DNA of 64,000 nt from Mobula hypostoma (taxonomy: Eukaryota): contig NC_086108.1 in NCBI RefSeq assembly GCF_963921235.1, positions 20,212,001-20,276,000 of the forward strand, given 5' to 3'. This document shows, piece by piece, positions 48,365-62,579 of this stretch. The position numbers were made by a program, and so were the translations under genes. The notes beneath the pieces are model-generated. The model had not been told where the DNA came from. It saw only the letters and a list, made by a program, of their open reading frames with translations, and searched no databases. How positions within the stretch are numbered: position 1 is the first letter of the stretch; each line of letters begins with the position of its first letter.

Positions 48365-48770
48365 TAAGCTGCTCCATCTTGGGTACTAGACTACAAAGTA
48401 CCCAGGACATTTTCAAGGAGCGGTGTCTCAGAAAGGCAGCGCACATTATTAAGGACCTCCAGTGCCCAGGGCATGCCCTTTTCTCACTGTTACTATCAGG
48501 TAGGAGGTACAGATGCCTGAAGGCACACACTCAGTGATTCAGGAACAGCTTCTTCCCCTCTGCCATCCGATTCCCAAAAGAACATTGAGCCCTTTAAAAA
48601 AAATGTTAGCACAAATTTTAATCTATTCAATACATGTATACTGTATAAAGTATACTGAAGAAGATTTACTTATTTTTTTTCTTCTATTTTATGTATTGCA
48701 TTGAACTGCTGCTGCTAAGTTAACAAATTTCATGTCACATGCTGGTGATAATAAACCTGATTCTGATTCT
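48365..48770 (+). mobile_element. Rex1/Babar-type LINE 3' end
   Basis: Same 3' region and aataaacctgattctgattct tail as 10430-10808. Confidence 0.7.
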
Positions 48771-49094
48771 AGCCCATTCTTGTTTAAGAATTAAGTCTTC
48801 TTATGTGGCTCAGTTTTAACACTCTGTTTGATAACACTCATGAAATAACTTGGGATATTTTTGCTATGTTAAGTTGATGTTTAAATGGTGATAAGCAGAA
48901 TGGCAAAATGTATGGAAGAGTAAAACTTGACAATTCACTATCCAACTGTTAGGAAATTTCGATGGCTCACTGAATGATGATTTCTCCATTTTCTTTAAAA
49001 CATCAAGGCTCTGGTTCCCATTCTCCCAGTGACACAAGTATTCCTGTTCCATTTTCCCCACTGACACCAGATTCTTGATTTCCATTTTCTTAAG

Positions 49095-49425
49095 ACCATA
49101 AGACATAGGAGCCGAATTAAGGCATTCAGCTCATCAAGAATGTTCTGACATTCCTCACTTGCAGACCCTATTTATGATTTATTTCTCCTTCTCAGCCTAT
49201 TCTCCTGTCTTCCCCTATAACCTTAGACTCTTACTAATCAAGAAGCTATCAACTGTCGCTTTAAATATACCCAATGCCTTGGCCTCCACAGTCATCTGTG
49301 GCAATAAATTCCACATATTTACCACCATTTAGCTAAAGAAATTCCCCTCCATCTCTATTCTAAAGGGATCTTCTTTTATTCTGATCAATGCCCTCTGGTC
49401 CTAGACTCTTCCACTACTAGAAACA
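49095..49425 (-). mobile_element. CR1 3' end fragment
   Basis: Starts with agaccataagacataggag and aligns to 536-860. Confidence 0.75.
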
Positions 49426-50999
49426 TCACCAAGAGCCACTGGTTCCCATGCTCCTTTTAAACACATATGTGTCCTGATTCTTGTACTCCCATGAAACTAT
49501 CCCTTTTTCTATTTCACATGCTCTCTTGAAACTCGCTAGTGTGTTGGAGTATTAATTAAAAAAAAACCAGAAAAAACACAGTACTGGTTTAAATGGAGTT
49601 TCACTGTATCCTCTGTCACCTGCTCGGAACCAGTAATCCCCAATAGTCTGGTATTCTGAAACTTCGGTAGTGCCTGAGTGGCACATTTTCTTAATTATTG
49701 GATATTTTCCTAATTAATACCCCAAACACACTTCCAAATTCTTTGTTTTTGTTTTGAAATGTTACACAATATTACAAAAACTTTTCAGTGAATCCAGCAA
49801 GTTTTTTAAAGGAAGTGTTTTTTTTAAAAAAGGGTTTCAGTGAGCCAGAGGAACAAGGATAGTGAATCATTGGAGATCTTGTATGATATGATCTTTGGTT
49901 TATTTAAATGCACATTCTTAAGGGACCTTCTCAGAGCTTTATTTTCCATAATAATATTTGTGGCACCTTATCAAATGCTTTTTGAAAATTCAAATATATT
50001 ATATCCACTAGTTCTTTTAAAACTTCAAAAACTCGATTAGTGTTGACAAACTTCATCTGTTCATCATATATGATTAAATCTAATATCTGACTTTCTAAGT
50101 GCACTATAACCCCTGATGGCCAGTTGCAGAGCTTATGCAACAATTATGTCAGGCTAACTTATCTACAGTTTTTTATTACTCCTTTTCTTGAACTGTAGCT
50201 TTACATTCTCTATTTGGACATTTCCATCTACCATGGCTCTTTGCATTCGGCCAAAGGTATTCTATTCTTAACCAAGCTGTTTATACCTCTTTACGCTATA
50301 GGACTCATATTTGCTAAGCAGTGTTTTATCTGGGACTTTGTCAAATACCTTCTGGCAATCTACACAAGTGATATCTGCACCATTCCCTTCACGAACATTC
50401 TCAGTGACCTTAAAAAATCCATTCAAACCTGTGCTCGCTCTCCTTATTTAACTACAAGTTTTTCAAATTTTAATTAATATTTCCCTGATTATTATTTCTA
50501 ATAACTTCCCACCATGATTAATGATGAGGTTATATTTGCCAGGCACGCCCTGACATCACTTCTTGAGTGTGTCATATTTGCCATTCTTCAGTTTGACACC
50601 TCACCTGTATCTTGGAAAGGTTGAAAGATCATAACAAGTCATTCCGCAAACTTCCTCAGCAATCAAATATACATCCCATCTGGATCAAGTAAATTACTTA
50701 TTTTAAGCATTGCCAGTTTTGTAATAGCTTCTTCTCAAAGTTTTCTACTTTGTTCACTTTCTCCACAGCTTGCTTCAATAAAGATACTGGCAGCATCCTC
50801 TTCTGAAGACTGAGACAAAGTACTTAATAAATATTATAGCTCTGCTTTCCACCTCTTTGCTTTGACCACCCTATTGGTCCTACATCAGCCCTGCTTTCCT
50901 CATTGGATACAATTTTCCTGTGTAAGGAAGATTTTAGTTCTTTCTCCCCTCTATCATTTGCCATTCTCTTCTCTAATTGCTCATCTTATTTTCTTTTTC

Positions 51000-51770
51000 A
51001 TTTCAAAGGGTCAAAGATTCATTTATTATCAAAGTATATATCTGTATATGTCTTTTCCAGATAGACACGAAGCAAAGAAAGAACATGAAAGTTGTTCAGA
51101 GAGAAACATCAAACCCAATCCCTGTACAAAAAATGATGGCATCCTGATCATCAATCCCCAAACTCCCTTCCCCCCCCACACAAAACAAAAACATTGACCC
51201 CCAAACCCCCTCCCCTCACACAATACAGAAAGGAACGGGTGAAAAAACACAGAATATAAAAACATGTCTGAAAAAGTCCACAGTCCATAAGCGCAACAGT
51301 CCAGTCCATAAACACAGAACCACAAAACATCCTCCGACATCACCGACATTCATCCAAAGAAAGGGACACCACTTGAGGCAGAGGCCTACTCGTCTGCCAC
51401 AACCAACCACACAGCAAAAGGGCGCTCACAGACAAGGCAGGCTGTTGACGTTGAACTCTCACTCACTTTCCGGTCTCAATCTTCCTTGAAGCTTTAATCA
51501 GCAAAATGGAGTCAAACATCGTGTCTCTCAGTTTCTTCGCATCGAAGCCAATCGACTACGCGTTTGCTTCCTGGAATTTTCTCCGAGACAGCAAAATGCT
51601 GGCTCATTCAATCGATCTCCAAACTGTAAATCGCAGTCACTAACAGTCTCAGAAACACATTTAAGATGAAAAACAGACATAAAAGAAATAAAATAGATGT
51701 TTTGCGGGCTACCTGGAAGATGCCAACCCAGGGAGTGTTGTACACTGGTGCTATCTTGATTGGAAGGCTA
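51000..51770 (-). mobile_element. Non-coding LINE-dependent element
   Basis: Minus-strand 5' end ...caagatagcacc, 3' end gataataaatgaatctttgaccctttgaa. No credible ORF. Confidence 0.45.
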
Positions 51771-52054
51771 CTCCCAGTTTACCAAATTCAGTCTACCAAT
51801 TCTATGAATTATTCATCTGGTATATGTATCAGACAACAACATTCCCTCTGTTCATGACATGAATCTTGCATTTCCTCTTTTTTTCCCCCATCCTATCAAT
51901 GCTTTCCACAACCAATATTAAACTGACATGGCTTGTCTTTCTGCCTCCTTTTGAACAAGTTTTCATTTCCCCAATCCTCTGGCTCACCTGTGGACAACTG
52001 ACTTTGTTCCCTGTCTTTTCATTCCCATGGGAATGTGCCCAAACAGTACTTTCT

Positions 52055-52703
52055 AGATTATGAGAACACTCAGTCCTCTTTTATTGTCATTTAGAAATGC
52101 ATACATACGTTAAGAAATGATACAGTGTTTCTCTGGCGTGATAGCACAGAAAACAAGACAGACCAAAGACTAACACTATTATATCAGATGGTTACAGCAG
52201 TGCAAAGCAATACCATAATTTGATGAAGAACAGTCCATAGGCACAGTAAAAAAATAGCCTCAAAGTCCCCAAGTCGATCGACTCCCGAGTCCCCATAGCA
52301 GTGGCAAAAGGGAGAAACTTCCTGCTATAAACCTCCAAGCACCGTCAACTTGCTGATACCTTGGAAGCAGCCGACCACAGCTGACCCTGAGTCAATCCGT
52401 CCGAAAACTCTGAGCTTCCGAGCAGCCTCTCTGATACAGCCTCCTGAGCACCATCGACCTCTCCCCGGCCGCTGAAACACACAAAGCCGAGGATTTCGAG
52501 GCCTACAGCTCCAGAGGTTCCGGTTACCACACAGTAGCAGCGGTAGCAAAGCAGACATTTCAGAAGTTTTCCAGATGTTCCGCCATGCTCTCCCGTCTGC
52601 GTCCATCAAATCAGGAATTGTGCACGGTCCCCTACTTGACAGATAACAGATATTCATCACCGGAGAGGCCGCGTGCGCTGTCGTCACGCCGCCATCTTCT
52701 CCC
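52055..52703 (-). mobile_element. Non-coding retroposon, same family as 33797-34418
   Basis: Shared 3' 200 bp and shared 5' block (tccatcaaatcag.attgt.cacgg.cccta.tt.ac.gata). CpG-rich 5' end gaagatggcggcg on minus. Confidence 0.65.
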
Positions 52704-52759
52704 GTTAGCATCTCTTTAAGCACCTCTAATTTTTCATTGCAGTTTCACCTGACCTCCAG

Positions 52760-55700
52760 TTTAAGATGGCTCTAACGATGGTTCATAAACCAAGAAATAC
52801 ACCTAAGTACTTTATTAATAATACCTTTTCTGTGGAAAATTGTGGTAAACAATCACCGCAAACAATGAAAAGACAAGCGAAGGCCTGGCTGATCCAAGGG
52901 CCAAGGCGTGTGGGTACAAGACAGAGTCGGAACAGGGTCAAGGCATGTTCGAGGAGAAATGGATGGATTTGTGAAAATCAAGTATGGCCAGAACTTGGTG
53001 GCAGGTCCAGACCCAGAGCATATCGAAGCAAAAGGGCCTGGGTCCTAGTTCAAGGGACATTCCGGTGCTTGGACAATTTAAAACGTTGGGCGGTATGGAT
53101 TAAAAAGGCTGGGTGTCCCAAACCGGAGGCGAGGGTCAAGCCAGTTCTACTCACTATTCCGCCCTCCACGGCACTGAAGCTGAGGCTGTGGTCTACTCCA
53201 GGCTTTGTGTCAACAAGCTTCGCAATGATTTGCCCTGCTGTGTGATGAATTAAGGCTGAGGCTGTGAGCTTGCTCTGGGTTTTGTGTTTATGGATTCACT
53301 TCAGATCTGAATGCTGTTGCTTGCTTTTATTTTGTTTGCATGATTTGTGTTTTTTTCTCTCTCTGCATGTGTTAAGTCATTCTTTTCAAATGGGTTCTTT
53401 CAGGTTTCTTGTTTTGTGGCTGCCTGTATGGAAACGAATCTCAAGATTGTATAATTCATACATCATCATCATCAGGTGCCATGCCCAGATTCAGCTTTGA
53501 CTGCCATGGCCCACACACTCCTGTTTCGGGTTAAGTGGATCAATTCACTGGTATTCATCTCCAGTTCTCTGGCTGTTGTCTCTATCGTCATTTGTCTTTG
53601 CCTTCCTCTTGCTTTCTTCCGTTCAATCTTCCCCATAATTACCGTGCATTCTAACTACTCTTTCCTAATCACATGTCCAATGAAGTCACATAGCCTTTTC
53701 ATGATCTTGTATATTATTTCTCTTTTTGTGCTTGCTCTGTTCATGACATTCTCATTAGATATTCCTTTCATCCATGACATTCTTTGCATCCTCCTCAAAA
53801 ACCACATCTCTGTTGCTTCAATTCGTTTCCTCATGTTACTAGATATCGTCCAACATTCTGATCCATATAACATAACTGGATAAACGAAACATTTCAGTAC
53901 TCTGAGGTGGGTTGTCATGCCTAGTTTAGTGTTGGTCATTATACTCTTCATTCTTGTAAAGGTGTCTTTTGCCATCCCTTTTCTTGTTTTGATATCCATA
54001 TCACACCTGCCATCTGATGTCACCCAGCTTCCTAAGTAGCAAAAGTTCTGTACTTGTTTTATGTCTTCCCCGTTTATTTTCAGCCTGCAGATTGGATTCT
54101 CCTTTTTGGATATCACCATACATTCTGTCTTTTTGCGACTGATAGATAGACCCATTTTTGCACTTTCTTCAACAATTATATCAATTAAGTTTTGTAGTTC
54201 TTCCTCCGTACTTGCAATTAACACAATGTCATCCGCATATCTGAAATTATTAATGTTTTCACTGCCAACTTTCATTCCCAAGATGTTTCTTATTTTTTGT
54301 AATATTTTTTCACTGTACACATTAAACAAATCGGGGAGAAAACACACCTTTGTCTAACACCTCTCTTGATTTTCGTAAACTGACTCACTTCTCCATCTAT
54401 TCTTTCAGCGGCAGTTTGTTCCCAGTACAGATTTCTGATTAGGCGGAGGTCTTTCGAATCTAGATCTAGAGTTTCCTGTAATATTTCAAATAACTTATTG
54501 TGCTTCACTCTATCAAATGCTTTTGTGTAGTCGATAAAACAAACAAATCTTTTTGCACTTGAATAGCTCGTTCTGATAGTATCCTTAACATCAATATCGC
54601 GTTTCTTGTACCTTTGTCTTTCACAAAACCACATTGTTCTTTACCTATTTCAGCTTGTATCTTACTTTTAGCTCTTGTCATCAAAATTCTTAGAAGTTAT
54701 CTTAGTGATATGACTCATTAAACTTATGGTCCTATGTAATCACATTCTATTGATCCAGATTTCTTAGGAAGAGTGATAAATACTGATTTTTTCATGCCTT
54801 CTGGTATTATTCCAGTCTCATAAATGTCATTGATTAAATCAGTAAGTTTTTCAATTCCATAATCTTCAACGGCGATAATTTGTTCTGTTACTAATTCATC
54901 AGAACCCGTTGCCTTTCCTTTCTTCTTCATCTTACTTATTGCATTACGGACCAGATTTTAAAATACTTGGACCTTCAATGTTCTTCTAAATTTCTGGTTT
55001 TTCACTCGATCGTCTTCAAACAATTCCTGAATATACTTCGTCCACCTGTTCATAATCTCATCTTTTTCCATGATAATGGTACCGTCCTTTGCTTTCAAAC
55101 ATCCACCTGAAGAACAGAGGAGCTTTTTGCCAGTGATATTCTTGATTTGTTGATGTACCCTTTTTGGATCAGAAATAAGGATTTTTTCTAGTTGCTCACA
55201 TTCCTGGTTCAACCATTCTTCTTTGGCTTTTTGACATAAGCTTTCAACTTTTTTATCTAAAAACTTATATTCCACAGGAATTGCTTTCTTCAGTCTCCTT
55301 TCTCCCATTAGATTTTTGATTTCATTTGTCATACATTTATTCTTTGCACTTTTTTCTTTTTTAGGAATCACTGACTTTGCTGATTCTACCAAGGCATCCT
55401 TCAGAGAGTTAAACTTCATTTCTACATGATTCCTATCATCTTCAACAGATTCTATTTCTAGACTTTGAAATCTATTCCTTACTTCAATTGTAAATTTTTG
55501 TCTTAAGTTTTCTTCTTTAATTAATTGCGAGGGATTATTCAGGTTTTTACTTCTTAAGTTTTTTAAGTTTTACTTTTACATGACATATTTCTGGGTTACT
55601 GGGTTAAGGTCACTATTCTGTACCTGGATATGTTTTGCATTGAGTCACTGAGTTTCTAAATCTTTGGTTTATAGTAATAAAGTCAACTTGATTTCTGGTG

Positions 55701-55990
55701 CTATCACCTGGACTTTTCCAGGTCCACAAGCGCCTTGGATGGCTTTTAAAGTAGGTTTTCATAATGACCTGATTATTCATCTTGCACCATTCTACCCATT
55801 TCTCACCTCTTTCATTTCTTCCCCTAGTCCAAATTTTCCTATGGTATTTCCATCCGCACCTTGTCCTACTTTAGCATTTAAATCTCCCATGCCAATAACA
55901 ATATCTTGAGATTTGCATCCATTCTTTGCCTGTTCAAGCTCTTCATAGAATTTTCTTTGATAATAAATGTACTTTGTACGTTTGTACTTT
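52760..55990 (+). mobile_element. Non-coding LINE-dependent element interrupted near its 3' end by an RTE
   Basis: Starts at aagatggc; body runs to 53460; the tail ttctttgataataaatgtactttg resumes at about 55953. Confidence 0.5.
53461..55952 (-). mobile_element. RTE-clade LINE, 5'-truncated, frameshifted endonuclease + RT
   Basis: GDLNAKVG (endonuclease), FIDYTKAFDRVKH, RGVRQ, FRYADDIVL, FCYLGS, YPVMLYGSECW. The (TGA)n 3' tail appears as catcatcatcatca at 53461. Confidence 0.92.
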
Positions 55991-58900
55991 GTCAATTTTG
56001 ATTTCATTTTACCCTTTTCATCTCTTTGAAGTTAGCTCCCCTCCAGTTAAATTGTTTTACTACAAATAGATCGCCACTTTTTTACCCCCATTATAATCTA
56101 ACCCTTAGGAGTGTTGATACTGTTCTCCACACGCTTTCCTATATATACGTGGTCTACTGAGCCCATTTTCTACAAACATAACTATCAATGTAAATACAAC
56201 TATCAATGCCTTCATCTTCATTGAGCCAAAACACATTGATCAAGAAAGTTCTCCTAAGCATACTTCGTAAGTTAAAGATTGCCAAAGACAGAATAGGATT
56301 TAGTTTAGTTATGGATATGGTAGGGTGGGGGGGGGGGAGGCGAAAAGGCAGGTAGACCTTAAATTAGGGATGTGTGAGGTGTATGTACTTTGGGAGATCA
56401 AATGTGAAGGGAAAGAACACAGTTAATGGTAGGACACTTAATGGCATCGACATACAGAGGGATCTTAAATTCCAAGTGACGGTTCTCCAGAAGTGGCTGA
56501 TATGGTATATGGTATGCTGGCTTTCATTGGTTCAGCTACTGAGTTCAAGAATCAATAAGTTTCAGCTTTATGAAAATCTGGTTAGGTCACATCTAGAGTA
56601 TTGAATTCATTTCTAGTCACCCCATTATAGCAAGGATGTGGAGGCTTTGGAGAAGCTGCTGAAGAGGTTTAAAATATTGCTGCCTGGATTAGGTGGGGGG
56701 TGGTTTGTGTTATAAGAAGAGGTTGAACAAACTAGAATTTTTTTCTCTGGAGTGCTGAGTGCCTGGAATGTGCTACCAGGGGGAGTGGTAGAGGCAGATA
56801 TGATAGGGGATTTTAAAAAGTTCTCAAGACACATTAAGGTGCAGACAATGGAGGAATATGGACCAGGTACAGACAGACAAATTACACTAATTAGGTGTAA
56901 TTAGCTTAGTTTTGATTTGGTAATCATTTAGTAATGATCACTGTCACTTCTATTCAATGTGGTCACTATGCCCCTTCTTTCTGTTGCAACATACTGAGGG
57001 TCATTTCCCTGTCGACCTTCCATGTTCTAGGCTTCACTGCCAGGTCATACAAGTCATTGCCTTTGAGGTACAACACATTCATCTTAATCAGATTTGGACA
57101 CAGTTCTTCACTGAAATGCTGATTCAGCCACAACTAAGGATTCAATAAAACATTCTGATGAATTGTCATGGTCTGTTGGCTACTGTCTGGACTGCTAAGC
57201 ATTTATGCTTCTTTTATTTCAATAGTACATCCTTGCTTCTGAACTGTTAAGTCTCAATTGATATTTCTATTTATGAAATAAATGCTCTCCCACAAGTCCT
57301 ACTACCTCCAAAGATATATACATATGCACAGAAAATCCTTTGGAACTATGTCATTTGGTCTATGTTATTTCTCGACCAAATCTGTTTTGTCCAAAAGCAT
57401 CTTTGCATTGAAGTTCCTCTGTCCTGTTCAGAGTCATACAGCCTGACTGATATGCAGACAAGTCTAGACGAGGAGTTGCATGGAGGGTGGGAGGCTTAAC
57501 AACATCTATTTTAATCCTAGGAGTCCCACAGATAAGAAAGATGAGCTGAGAGCGTGGTTCAGCACATGGAATTATGAAATTGCTGCAATCTCAGAAATGT
57601 AAGTGAGGGAAGGGCGGCTCCATATTCTGGGGCAAAAAGTTTCAGATGTGACAGAAAGGGATTTAAGAGAGTGTGTTGCAAGGAAGGACTTCTTCCCCCT
57701 TCCTTTCAATGAAGGGTATCAGCTAAAACATTGACTGTTCATTCCTCTCCATAGATGCTGCTTGACCTGCTTAGTTCCTCCAGCATCATACATGGGTAAA
57801 TTGTCAAAATCTTTCCCCACAGTAAGAGGGTAAAGGTTTGTGAAAGGTAAGAGGAATAAAGAGGTTATGAGAGTTAAGCTTTTTTTCCTGCACAAAGAAT
57901 GATTCATACCCGAAACAGGTCGCTAGAGGAGGTGGTGGAATCAAATAAAGTTACCTCAAGCCATGCAGACAAAAATTTAAGTAAACAACGCAGAGGAGGA
58001 TATGGCCCAAATGTAATCAAACAGGATTGGTACAGATGGGTAAAGAAGTCAGGTCAGAGGGCCTGTTTCTGAGATATACAAGTCTGACAAACTATCCTAA
58101 AACTCAGGAAAAATGAGTGGGTACATAGGTTTCAGTTAATGCACATCTGAAAGAGAACTTAAGACACCATAACTTTTAAAACTATAGACCAAGAGCTGGG
58201 AATTGAAGGTAACTTGTATCATTCACTTTTGGCCATGTGAATATGATGGACTAAATTATCTCTTTCTGCACTCTAAATGTTTTTGTCCAACCTTGGACAA
58301 CATTGATCACCATGATCCAAGAATTTGAAGTACTCCAAATATGAGCCCCAGCATCAACAGCAGTTGGTAACTTCTGCGACCGTGAATATTTAAATATAAA
58401 TGCTCTTCTACGCAGTTTACATTGGGCACTAGCTGTTCAAAATACATGGACTGAGAGCAGGGTCAATCAGAGCAAACGTTCAAATATTAGCACTTTGAGG
58501 CAAAATTATACATTACAAAAAGGCAAGACTTATTAATGTCTCAAATAACCTCTAGTCCACTACACCAAAATAAAAGATGGAGGCACAAGAATACTGATGC
58601 CAGAACCTGAGCAAAAACAAAACACTATTGAGGAATTCTGTGCATCAGGCACTATTTGGAGAGGGAATTCAGCAGTTGACATTGAGTTCCTCCAACAGTG
58701 TTTATGCTAGAACAAAATGCAGGATGCATTAAGTTTACTTAATTTTTGATATTCCATAACCAACCCCAGCAAAAAATAAATCGGCCAAAGCAAAAATGGA
58801 AATGTTCAAATATTACCAACCTGTAAGATTAAAAAAAATTCAGATGAATATTTTTCTCAACCAGTATTCCTCAAAATCCTCTTATCACAGAGATACAGAT

Positions 58901-59422
58901 ACAATTTTCCACCTTTGATACTATCATTGAAAGAAATAGATTTTGGTGTATCATAGCAACACAAGAATTATCAGGTCTGTTTTTTTAAAAACCAATTTTC
59001 TCATCGCAACAATACTTACTGATTAAAAAAATCCATTTGGAGAACGAGTAGAAATGAGAGGTTGGGAGCAGTGGGGCACAAGATCACTCACAACTAGACT
59101 TTAATGAGTTTCATACATTTTCAAATCTGGAATGAACTGGACTTCAAATCTGTTCATACAATTACTAAGTTATTACAGCATGTAAGGTGTTAATTTCATC
59201 ATTTTACTAATGATGGCTCTGCAGACATTAGTGCCTTTTCATAGGGTATACCCAAAAGGTACAGGAACTTGTTACAATATTGCGTAAGCAGCAACATCAA
59301 GATATTTTTATGCTTGCATAGAAATATTTCAGGGGATGCAACATTTTGGGTAAAAAGACAAAAAGAGAGGGAGGAAGTCCTACAGTTTAATATCATTAAG
59401 GTGTGTGTATAGAAATAAATAC

Positions 59423-59799
59423 CTTTTAGGTTTGAACACAACCTTCTGACCACCTTCAAGAACAAGCAGAGCTTTCAGCTGGGTTCCTTTGTAGCCCACA
59501 TCAGCCTTGATTATCTTTTTGGTGGCCATAGCATGTAAAATGGCTCCAAGCTCTGGAGTTTCTTCGGGATACACCTCCCTGGGAACAACCCACTGCGCTG
59601 CAATTTCCCATGGTGACTGTAGAGTGTGCTCCAGACTGGGATTCAGTTCAATTTTAAGATTATCCATCATACGCTGGAAAGAATGTTGATCCTCTCGATT
59701 AGTTGCAGATGAGTCTGAATTGTCAATCAGGAACACTTTAGTGAAAATAAAAATAACGAGAAGGATAGCTAGTAAAACAACACGCTGCTTTAACTTCAT
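59423..59799 (-). CDS. FAM20B: FAM20B first coding exon (377 coding nt; type II signal anchor and kinase N-lobe start)
   Basis: [27 protein letters not shown]...[25 protein letters not shown]...[28 protein letters not shown](R). Donor AG|gtattt. Confidence 0.98.
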
Positions 59800-59916
59800 G
59801 ATGTCCTCTGTTCCAAAATGGCATCAGATATTGCAAATAGTCTCAAAATGACGACTGCGGACCAACGCCAACTTCAGTTGAACTTCCCAATCATACACAT
59901 GCCAGCAACAGACACT
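59800..59916 (-). other. FAM20B: 5'UTR part of the FAM20B first coding exon
   Basis: Strong acceptor tatttttctttcag| at 59917-59930, implying an upstream non-coding exon. Confidence 0.7.
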
Positions 59917-60039
59917 CTGAAAGAAAAATAGATCATTAATACTTTTCAAAATACTTCACATCACAAACACAAATAATAGGTTAAAACCATACACTATTGA
60001 TTTGATCTGCCCATCAAAACAATTTACCATGATTTACCA

Positions 60040-60340
60040 TGGGCAAATACAGTAACAGTGAGGGCAGCATTGTTACTGCACCAGGGATCTAGATACAATG
60101 TCTGCGTGGAGTTTGTAAATTTCCAGTACGTGCTCCAGATCTTCGCACAATCCAAAGATGTGCCGGTAGATTAATTGCCTACTGTAAATTACTCCTTAGT
60201 GAAAGAAAGTGGGGAAAAAAATCAATGTGTTAGTTAATAAGCAAATAAGAGAAAATAATGTAGCAAGGAAATAAGGAGATGGGACTGATGGGATTGCTTG
60301 GTAACAGGTATAGACTTGATTGCCATGTTGTGCTAGATAA
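60040..60340 (+). mobile_element. Degenerate V-SINE
   Basis: tgtctgcgtggagtttgta...tccaaagatgtg..ggtagattaattgcctactgtaaatt, similar to 7670-7775. Confidence 0.55.
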
Positions 60341-60559
60341 TAAGCACATTTAATCGATAATTCTCCTTGAATCAATTCACAGTTCCACTGCTGCTTAGGG
60401 CAAAGAAAATAAGCATCTAAAGAACACGATACCAGTCAGTGAACAATAGGAAGAGCAGGCATTAGAAGGAATGCAATTTAATGATAAAACAAACATTTTA
60501 TCTGGTTTTCCAGTACACCAGAACTTAATTGGTAAAATAATCTCAACAGATCTCATTTA

Positions 60560-61134
60560 AGCACAGTCTTAAGGTGGTAGTTTAATAAGTCCATATGATT
60601 TATGAAATAACTGAGAGGAGAGACTTCCCGAACCTTGTGATGAAGAAAAGTCGAAACTGCTGACGCCGGTTCCAGCTGAGAAATACCTTTTCCAAAGGTG
60701 TGACGCAGAATAAGAGTTCTCAAAGTAACTGACCTTTCTGCCGGAAGCGGTCATCACACAATACCCAAACTGTGTAAGAGTTAACAAAACGTGCGTGCCA
60801 CGTATGGATGGTTCCAAATGTCAGTCAGACCTGTAATACGCCGAATGCCGCTGGTTAACTCCAATCCCTCTGGGGTTCGTTCGGATTCTTCACTCTCACT
60901 CTCTCTTCTTCTCCGATGGCGTAACTACCAACGGTGAGTTCCCACCAAAACGAACTACGCAATAACTGCTGTCTCCCCTTATATACCAGTTAGAACATGC
61001 CATCACGTGACATCACATCACCCCATTATCACAAGACAATTACATCATTCCAATGGCACCAGACCATTACATCATTCCAATAACATAAGACATCATTTCA
61101 AGAGATACTCACGGGACAGGTAACACCTCCTTCC
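60560..61134 (-). mobile_element. 3' LTR with polypurine tract of a truncated LTR element (left boundary uncertain)
   Basis: Minus strand: tract ggaaggagg directly before TGTTAC at 61125, TATATAA near 60979-60985, ATTAAA near 60581-60586. CpG-rich. Confidence 0.55.
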
Positions 61135-62579
61135 AAGAAAAGAAAATTTTGATCTAAATTTACAAAATTGCACAGTACACATACAATATCTCAAGAGATA
61201 TTGCAACTCTGATAAAGAAGAAGAGGGAGTTGTATGACATTTATAGGAAGCAGGGAGAAAATAAGGTGCTTGAGGAGTATAAGTGCAAGAAAATACTTAA
61301 GAAAGAAATCAGGAGGGCTAAAAGAAGACATGAGGTTGCCTTGGCAGTCAAAGTGAATGATAACCCAAAGAGCTTTTACAAGTATATGAAGAGCAAAAGG
61401 ATTGTAAGGGATAAAATTGGTCCTCTTGAAGATCAGAGTGGTCGGCTATGTGCGGAACCAAAGGAAATGGGGGAGATCTTAAATAGGTTTTTTGCGTCTG
61501 TATTTACTAAGGAAACTGGCATGAAGTCTATGGAATTAAGGGAAACAAGTAGTGAGATCATGGAAACTGTACAGATCGAAAAGGAGGAGGTCCTTGCTGT
61601 CTTGAGGAAAATTAAAGTGGATAAATACCCGAGACCTAACAGGGTGTTCCCTCGGACCTTGAGGGAGACTAGTGCTGAAATTGCAGGGGCCCTGGCAGAA
61701 ATATTTAAAATGTCGTTGTCTACAGGTGAGGTTCTGGAGGATTGGAGAGTGGCTCATGTTGTTCCGTTGTTTAAAAAAGGATCAGAAAGTAATCCGGGAA
61801 ATTATAGGCCATTAAGTTTAACGTCGGCAGTGGGTAAATTATTGGAGGGAGTACTAAGAGACAGAATCTACGAGCATTTGGATAGACAGGGACTTATTAG
61901 GGAGAGTCAACATGGCTTTGTGCGTGGTAGGTCATGTTTGACCAATCTGTTGGAGTTTTTTGAGGAGGTTACCAGGAAAGTGGATGAAGGGAAGGCAGTG
62001 GATATTGTCTACATGGACTTCAGTAAGGCCTTTGACAAGGTCCCGCATGGGAGATTAGTTAGGAAAATTCAGTCGCTAGGTATACATGGAGAGATGGTAA
62101 ATTAGATTAGACATTGGCTCAATGGAAGAAGCCAAAGAGTGGTAGTAGAGAATTGCTTCTCCGAGTGGAGGCCTGTGACTAGTGGTGTGCCACAGGGATC
62201 AGTGCTGGGTCCATTGTTATTTGTCATCTATATCAATGATCTGGATGCTAATGTGGTAAATTGGATCAGCAAATTTGCTGATGATACAAAGATTGGAGGT
62301 GTAGTAGACAGTGAGGAAGGTTTTCAGAGCCTGCAGAGGGACTTGGACCAGCTGGAAAAATGGGCTGAAAAATGGCAGATTGAGGTTAATACAGACAAGT
62401 GTGAGGTATTGCATGTTGGAAGGACAAACCAAGGTAGAACATACAGGGTTAATGGTAAGGCACTGAGGAGTGCAGTGGAACAGAGGGATCTGTGAATACA
62501 GATATAAAATTCCCTAAAAGTGGCGTCACAGGTAGATAGGGTCGTAAAGAGAGCTTTTGGTACATTGGCCTTTATTAAT

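Noticed and set aside
52766..53245. 159-aa plus-strand ORF
   Set aside because: Lies within a non-coding repeat, with no recognisable domain or splice support.
56322..56340. Poly-G run as a G-quadruplex element
   Set aside because: Simple homopolymer inside a decayed CR1; no supporting context.
59380..59422. C-terminal extension [13 protein letters not shown] of the 139-aa ORF
   Set aside because: Read-through past the GT donor at 59422; the protein continues in exon 44826-44912.
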